Shown: positions 55,505 to 64,000 of the stretch, piece after piece | Layout of the letters: the number at the start of each line of letters is the position of its first letter | Numbering within the stretch: position 1 is the first letter of the stretch | Origin: the human T2T-CHM13v2.0 reference genome, Homo sapiens | Length of the DNA: 64,000 nucleotides | Reading direction: 5' to 3' (one strand) | Assembly: GCF_009914755.1 (NCBI RefSeq) | Contig: NC_060947.1 | Notes under the pieces: model-generated | The model's input: only the letters and a program-made list of their open reading frames with translations | Databases searched by the model: none | Told to the model about the DNA's origin: nothing | Translations under genes and position numbers: made by a program

Positions 55505-55705
55505 TCATTATTATGTGTTTAGTACTTTCTACATGGCAGGTACTGTTCAAAATGGCTTATGTCTGTGAACTCACTCCATCTTCATTACTACTATGATTCC
55601 CATTTCATAGATGAACAAACTGAGGCACTGAGAGTTAAGTAATTTGCCAAGGTCATACAGCTAGAAAGTGGCTACGATGGGATAAGCTTCAAATCCAAGC
55701 ATTGT
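55505..55705 (-). mobile_element. MIR
   Basis: CCCATTTCATAGATGAACAAACTGAGGCACTGAGAGTTAAGTAATTTGCCAAGGTCATACAGCTAG. Confidence 0.85.
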
Positions 55706-56896
55706 CAGACCTTCCACTGCTTAGATTAGGCCCACCCATATTATGTGGCATAAACTGCTTTCATGAAAGTCAACTAATTGTAAATATTAACCACACCTAC
55801 AGGGATACAATAGTAAATACAAGGGTAAATAACTCATGTCAGAAAGACTTAGGGGGCAGTCAGGAAGGAGAGAACATGGACAACATATAGCATTTACCCA
55901 GCCTGTAGCTTGGTTTTAATGTTGCAATGGATGCCTGACACAGATAACATGATCAACATTCTAGAATAAACTGAAAAGTTATGAGAACTAGTAAGATAGT
56001 TTAGTTAGATGTGTAGGCAGAAATAAAATATACAGAAATCAATAACTTCCCCATATAACAGCAAGAAGAAATTAGAAAATACAATAAAAATAGGTTTAGT
56101 CACAATAGAAATAATGCTTATGAAGTATCCAGAAACAAATTTATCAAAAATTATTTTGGGGCAATGCAAAATACATTAATAAATTTGCTAAACCCGGTTT
56201 AAAGCAATACGATCATTTCAGCTGCCAATTTCTGTGTCAGTGCTGTATTCTTTTATTATTGCTTTATAATACATGTTATTACTTAATAATATAAATATTC
56301 CTTATTTCCCTTCATGTCTTTTGTATTTTAAATATTATCATTCATTTAGTCTTGCAGGCAACTGACTAAGACTTTAACACATTTCCAGAGACATGATGAA
56401 ATATTAAAATTTCCATAACGATGCGCTTGAAATGTACTTGAAAAAAACTATTTGATGTGTTTGGAAACAGATACCATAATTATAACATTGAGTTTTGCTA
56501 TATCCAGGATGACATGTGTATACCTTTTAAATATTAGGACTATGGAACAGAGAAGATGTGAGAGATTATTAACTTCTTCAGTTTATATCTTTATAATTTT
56601 TAACAAATTAGGTTAAAAACCTCGTTCCTAAATAACTTGGGCTTCTTGATATTTGAAACAAGAACCTCTCCCATCTCAAGTTCTCTTTTCTGTACAAAGG
56701 AGAAAATCAAACAGATTACTAGTATTGATAATAGCATGGATAATTATTAACATTTCCCGATCACTTGTTTTTCAGGCAGTATATTGATTGAATTTACACA
56801 GATTATTTCAATCTTAATGACAAATCTGTACCTTAGATCCTATTTTCACCTATATCCTGTGGTTTCAGGATTTAATGAATCAACACATGTAAACAT

Positions 56897-57385
56897 ATTT
56901 ATTTATTTATTTTAAACTGACAGATAAAATTGTATTTATGTAAAACATAATGTTTTGAAATATATATACATTATGAAATGGCTAAATCGAGCTAATTAAC
57001 ATATGCATAGCCTCACATCGTTGTCATTTTTGTGGTGAGAACACAAAACCGACTCTCTTAACATTTTTTGAGAATACAATATATTAACTACAGTCACCAT
57101 GTTTTACTATACGATATCTCTTGGATTTATTTCTTCTGTCTACCTGAAATTTTGTATCTTTTGAACAACAATGCTCCCAACACCCTCCCCTGCTACTGAC
57201 ACAGCCCCTGGAAAGCACCATTTTTACTCTCTACTTCCATGAGTTCAACCATTTTATATTTCACATATTAATGAGTTCTTTTTCTGCCTGGCTTATATCA
57301 CGTAACGTAATGTCCTCCAGTTTCATCCGTGTTGTTGTTCCAGTTTCATCCATGTTGTTGCAAATGACAAAGTTGTCTTCTTTTT
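56897..57385 (-). mobile_element. L1MA-type 3' end
   Basis: AATGGCTAAATCGAGCTAATTAACATATGCAT...TTTTTGTGGTGAGAACA. Confidence 0.8.
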
Positions 57386-58230
57386 AGTTTTTTATAAGTT
57401 TAGATTTAGGGGGTACATGTGCATGTTTGTTACCTTGATATATTGCATAATGGTGAGGTTTGGGTTACTAGTGCACACTTCATTGAAAGAGTGAACATTG
57501 TATCCAATGGGTAATGTTCCAACTCTTATTCCTTCCCACTCTTCCCCCTTTTGGAATCCCCAGTGTTTCTTATCTTCATCTTTAAGTGCATGTGTATCTA
57601 TTGTTTAGCTCCCACTTCTAAGTGAGAACATGCAGCTTTTGGTTTTCTGTTTCTGAGTTATTTCTCTTAGGCTAATGGCCTCCAGCTCCATCCATGTTGC
57701 TGTAAAGAATGATTTCATTCTTTTTTATGGCTACATAGTATTCCATGGAATATATATACTACATTTACTTTATCCAGTCAGCTACTGATGGACACTTAAG
57801 TTAATACCCTGACTTTGCTATCGTGAATAGTGCTGTAACACTGTTGCTAAACATATGACTGCAGGTGTCTTTTTGATGAAATGATTTGGTTTCCTTAAGG
57901 TAGATACCAAGTAGTGGGATTTCTAGGTCCAATGGTAGCACTATTTTTGGTTCTCTGTGAAATCTCCACACTGCTTCCCATAGAGGTTGTACCAATTTAT
58001 ATTCCCACCAACAATGTATAAGAGTTCTCATTTCTCCACATCCTCACTAACATCTGTTATTAGTTGTATTTTTAAAAATAGCCTATTCCGTCAGGTGTAA
58101 GATGGTATCTAATTGTAGTTTTAATTTGCATTTTTTCTGATGATGAGTGATGTTGAGCATTTTTTTCACGTGTTTGTTTGCCACTTGCATGTCTTCTTGG
58201 AGAAATGCCTCTTCATGACTTGTACCCACT

Positions 58231-58522
<292 letters not shown>

Positions 58523-60704
58523 CCTTTTGCCCATTTTTAAATATTTTTTTCCTGTTGAGTTGTGTGAGCTCTTTGAATATTCTGAATATTAGTCCTTGGT
58601 CAGATATATAATTTGCAAATATTTTCTCCCATTCTGTAGATTATCTGTTTATTCTGTTGATTATTTCTTTTGCTGTGCAGAATCCTTTTAGTTAAGTCTC
58701 ATTTGCCTATTTTTGTTTTGCTGCATTTGCTTTTGAGGTCTTAGTTATATATTATTTGCCTAGGCCCAAGTCCAGGAGAAGTTTTTTCTAGATTTTCTTC
58801 TAGAATTTTATAGTTTCAGGTGTTACATTTAAGTCTTTAATCAATATTGACTTGATTTTTGTATATGGTGAGTGATAGGGGCCGGGTTTCAATCTTCTGC
58901 ATATGCCTAGCCAATTTTTTCCAGCACAATCTATTGAATAGGGTGTCCTATCCCCATTGTTTATTTTTGTCGACCTTGTGAAAGATCAGGTGGTTTTATG
59001 TGTTTGGCTTTATTTCTGTGTTCTCTATTCTGTTCCATTGGCCTATGTGTCTATTTTTGTACCGGTATGATGTTGTTTTGGTTACTATAGTCTTGTAATA
59101 TAATTTATGTCAGGTAATGCTATGTCTCTGGCTTTGTTCTTTTTGCTTAAGATTGCTATGGCTATTCAAGCTCTTTTTTGGTTCCAGGTAAACTTTAACA
59201 TTGTTGTTTTTCTAATACTGTGAAAAATGATATTAGTAATTTGATAGCAGTTGTGCTCAATCTGTAGATTGCTTTGGGGAGTATGGTCATTTTTATGATG
59301 TTGATTCTTCCAGTCCATGAGCATAGTATGGTTTTACTATACTATGTCATCTGTGATTTCTTTCATCAGTGTTTTGTAGTTCTCCTTGTAGAGATCTTTC
59401 ACCTCCTTGGTTAAATGTATTCCTAGGTATTTTAATTATTTTTTAGCTATTGTAAATGGGATGATGTTCTTGATTTGATTCTCAATTGTTGTTGGTGTAT
59501 AGAAATGCTACTGATTTGTATACATTGATACTGTATCCTGAAACTTTACTGAAGTTGCTTATGAAATCTATGAATCTTTTGGAGGAGTTTTTATAATTTT
59601 CCAGGTATAAGATCATGTTATAAACAGATAATTTGGCTTCCTCTTTTCCAATTTGGATGCTTTTATTTTGTTGTCTTGCCTGATTGTTCTGGCTAGGACT
59701 TCCAGTACTATATTGAATAGGAGTGGTGAGAGTGGCCATCCCTGTCTTGTTCTAGTCTTTAAGGGAAATGTTTTCAACTTTTCCCTATTCAGTATGATGT
59801 TGGCCGTGGGTTTGTCATATATTGCTTTTATTATTTTGAGGTATGTTTCTTTGATACCTAGTTTGTCAAAGATTTTTTATCAGGAAGGGATGTTGAATTT
59901 TATCAAATACTTTTTCTGCAACTATTGAGATAATCATATTGTTTTTTGTTTTTAATTTTGTTTATGTGGTCAATAACGTGTTCATTTGCATATGTTGAAC
60001 CACCTTTGCATCCCTGGGGGGGAAAAAAACCTAGTTGATCATGATAAGTTACCTTTTTGATATGCCGCTGGATTTGATTTGCTAGTATTTTCTTCAGGAT
60101 TTTTGCATCTAAGTTCATCAGGAATATTGACCTGTAGTTTTCTTTTTTTCATTTTGTCCTTGCCTGATTTTCGTATCAGTGTGATACTTGTTTTGTAGAA
60201 TGAGTTAGAGAGGAATCATTCTTCCTCATTTTATTTGGAATATTTTCAGTAAGATTGGTATGAGCTCTTCTTTGTACATCTGGTAGAATTCAGCTGTGAA
60301 TCCATCTGGTTTTGGGCTTTTTGTTTTTTGTTGAGAGATATTTTATTACTGATTCAATTTCATTACTTGTTATTGTTACTTTCAGGATTTCTATAACTTC
60401 TTGGTTCAATCTTGGGAGGTTGTATGTTTCCAGAAATGTGTCAGTTTCCTCTAGCTTTATGAGTTTATGTGCATAGAAATGTTCATAACAGTCCGAAGAT
60501 CTTTTTTGTTCCTGTGGTATCAGTTGTAACGTCACCTTTACCATTTCTGATTGTGCCTATTTGAAACTTTTCTCCTTTATTCTTGGTTAATCTAACTAGC
60601 TATCTATTAATTTTTATCCTATTAAATAACTAAGTTTTCATTACCTTGATCTTTTGTATCATTTTTCTGTCTCTACTTCATTTAGTTCTGCTCTAATAGT
60701 TGTT

Positions 60705-60934
60705 ACCTCTGCCTCCCAGGTTCAAGTGATTCTCATGCCTCAGTCACTGAAATCCCAGTGAGTAGCTGGAATTATAGGTGTGCACCACCAGGGCTGGCTA
60801 ATTTTTGTATTTTTATTAGAGACAGCGTTTCACCATGTTGGCCAGGTTAGTCTCGAGCTCCTGGCCTCAAGTGATCTACCTGCCTTGGTCTCCCAAAGTG
60901 CTGGGATAACAGGCGTGAGCCACCGTGCCAGGCC
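60705..60934 (-). mobile_element. Alu lacking 3' end and poly-A tail
   Basis: begins abruptly at ACCTCTGCCTCCCAGG; intact 5' end at 60934. Confidence 0.9.
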
Positions 60935-62744
60935 CAATCATTTTATATAGACATTTAACACTATAATCTTTTCTCTCAGCATGGCTTCGCTGTATTCCAG
61001 CAGTTTTGGTGTGCTGTGTCTCTATTTTCATGATTCAATTTTTTTTTTTTAATTTCTGCTTTAACTTTGTTGTTTACCCAAAAGTGAATCAGGAGCAAAT
61101 CATTTAGTTTTCATGTATTTCTGTGTACTTTTGTGAGTTCCTCTTGGCATTGATTTCAAACTTTATTCCACTGTGATCCAAGAAGATACTTGATATAAAT
61201 TTGATTTTATAAAATTTATTGACACTTGCTTTATGGCGAACTATATGATTGATTTTGAATAATATCCTGTTTGCAGATAAGAAAAATGTATATTCTGCAA
61301 TTGTTGGGTAGAATATTTTTTAAATATTCTATTTAAAAAATGTCTATTAGATCCATTTGGTCTGGAATCCAGTTTAGGTGCAGAGTTTCTTCATTGAATT
61401 TTTGCTGCAGTGATCAGTCTAATGTTGTCAGTGGGGTGTTGAAATTCTCCACTATTATTGTATTGCTGTAAATCTCTTTTCTAAGGTTGAGTAGCAGTAT
61501 TTTTATGAATCTGGGTGGTATGGTGTTGGGTACATATATATTTAGGATAGTTAAATCTTCTTGTTGTATTAAACCCTTTATAATCATATAATACCCTTCT
61601 TTGTCTTTCTTTACTGTTGTTGGTTTAAGTCTGTTTTATCTGATATAAAAATGGGTATTCCTGCTTGCTTTCATTTTCTATTTTTATGATATACCTTTTT
61701 CCACCCCTTTACTTGGAGTTGGTAGGTGTCTTTAGACATTAGGTGGGTCTATTTTAGGCAGCAGATGGTTGAGTCTTTTTTTCCCTTAATCCAATTTGCC
61801 AGTCTATATCTTTAAAGTGGAATATTTAGGCCATTTATTTTCAAGGTTAATATTGATATGTGAATTTTTTTTCTGTCATAGTGCTGTTAGCTCAATGCAT
61901 CAGATTCTCAATTGTGTAATTGCTTTACAGGATCTGTGAGTTGTGTATTTGCTTTACAGGATCTGTGTGCTTTTATGATGGTGAGTGTTGTCCCTTTGTT
62001 TCCATTTTTAGAAATCCTTTGAGCATCTCTTGTAGGGCCAGTCCAGTGGTGAAGAATTCCCTTAGCATTTGCTTGTGTGGGAAATACTTCATTTCTCCTT
62101 CATTTATGAAGCTTATTTTGGTAGGATATAACATTTTTGGCTGACATTTTTTTCCTATATGGAGACTAAAAATAAGCCCCCAACCTTTTCTGGCTTGTAA
62201 CGTCTTTGCTGAGAAGTCTGTTGACTATATGCCTTGGTGATGTTCATATTGTATAGTATCTCGCAGCTGTTCTCTGAATTTCTTTTATATGAATGGCTAC
62301 CTCTCTAGCAAGATCAGGGAAATCTTTCTGAATTATTCCCTCAGAAACATTTTCCAAATCTCTTTTTCTTCTTTTCCACCAGAAACACCTGTAAGCCATA
62401 GGTTTGGTCCATTTACATAATCCCATATTTCTTGAAGGCTTTGTTCATTTTAAAATTATTTTTTCTTTATTTTCATCTGACTCAGTTAATCTGAAAGACA
62501 GGTCTGTATGCCTAAAATTGTTTATTCTGGTTGATCTAGTCTATTGTTGAAGTTTTCAACTGTAGTTTGAAATTCTATCAGTAAATTTTCATTACTAGAA
62601 GCTCTGGTTTTTTTTTGTTTGTTTGGTTTTAAATAAATATATATATCTAGTCTTTCATATCCTGAATTCTTTTTTTTATTTATTTGTGTCAATTTTCAAC
62701 TTTCTCCTTGATTCAATTGAGCTTCTTTACAAATCATGTTTTCT

Positions 62745-64000
62745 TTAAACCTTTATTTTAGTTTCAAGGGTACAGGTGCAGGTTTGTTTTATGGGTAAAT
62801 TATCTGTCATGGGGATTTGGAGTACGTATTATTATGTCACCAGGTAATAAGCATGGTACTCGATAGGTAGTTTTTTGATCTTCACCCTCCTCCCACCCTC
62901 CACCTTCAAGTAGGCCATAGTATCTATTATTCTCATCTCTCTTTGTGTCCGTGTGTACTCAAAGTTTAGCACTTACTTACAAGGGAGAACGTGCAGTATT
63001 TAGATTTTTGCTTCCTCATTAATTCACTTAGAATAATGGCCTCCAGCTCCATCCACATTGCAGCAAAGGAAACAATCTCATTCATTTTTATGGCTGCATA
63101 GTATTTCATCATTTATATGTATCATATTTTCTTTATCCAGTCTACCATTGATGGGAATCTAGGTTGATTCCATGTCTTTTCGATCATGAATACTGCTGCA
63201 ATGAACATACACATGCATGTGTCTTCATGGTAGAACAATTTATATTCCTATGAGTGTATCTCCAATAATGGGATTGCTGGGTCAAATAGTACTTCTGTTT
63301 TAAGTTCTTTCAGAAATCTCCAGACTGGTTTCCACAGTGGCTGAACGAATTTACATTCCCACTAGCAGTGTATAAACATCCCCTCTTCCCCACTACCATA
63401 CCAGCATATGTTATTTTTTGACATTTTAAAAATAGCCATTCTGACTGGTATGAAGTGGTATCTTACTTTGGTTTTGATTTGCATTACTCTAATGATTAGG
63501 GATATTGAGTATGTTTCCATGTATTTGTTGGCCACATATATGTCTTCTTTTGAGAAATGTCTGTACATGTCCTTTGCCCAATTTTTAATGGGGTTGTTAG
63601 TTTTTGCTTGTTAAGTCTTTAAGTTACTTATAGATTCTTTATATTAGACCTTTGTCAGATGCATATTTTGCAAATATTTTCTCCCATTCTCTGGGTTGTC
63701 TGTTTACTCTCTTGATAGTTTCTTTTGCTGTGTGGAAGCTCTTTGTTTTACTTTGGTCTTATTTGTCGATTTTTCGTTTTGTTACAATTGCTTTCAGTAT
63801 CTTCATCATGAAGTCTTTGCTGAAAACTATGTCCAGAATGGTTTTGCCTAGGTTTTCTTCAGGGGTTTTTATAGTTTTAGGTTTGATATTTAATTATTTA
63901 ATCCATCTTGAGTTGATTTTTGTATATGGTGTAAAGAAGGGGTCCATATTAAATCTTATGTATATGGCTCACCAGTTATCCCAGCACCATTTATTGAATA
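62745..64000 (-). mobile_element. L1PA15/16-like 3' end, runs off window
   Basis: TTTTAGTTTCAAGGGTACAGGTGCAGG...ATGGGTAAATT...GATAGGTAG; ORF2 peptide 63362-63568. Confidence 0.85.

Overview
Non-coding primate genomic DNA, probably catarrhine and human-like (Alu S/J, L1PA/PB, a HERV-W LTR17 solo LTR). I find no supportable protein-coding gene, tRNA or rRNA. The longer ORFs come from Alu, L1 or microsatellites, or are chance ORFs. Much of the window is transposable-element sequence: a full-length ~6.76 kb antisense L1PA13-16-type element with a 13-bp TSD (36063-42819), a nested L1MA/L1PB/L1PA stack at the right end, ~9 Alus, several solo LTRs, hAT/Tigger DNA transposons, many MIR/L2 relics and a 475-bp compound (TG)n tract. 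The most notable structure is a 39-bp fully paired, pre-miRNA-sized hairpin made by an inverted duplication inside L1 ORF2 (39933-40025). There are also several template-switch scars, nested insertions, and an antisense bias of the younger L1s/LTRs suggesting an intron of a + strand transcript. I did not find convincing evidence of a new biological system. Subfamily names come from recalled consensus features and need RepeatMasker/Dfam confirmation.
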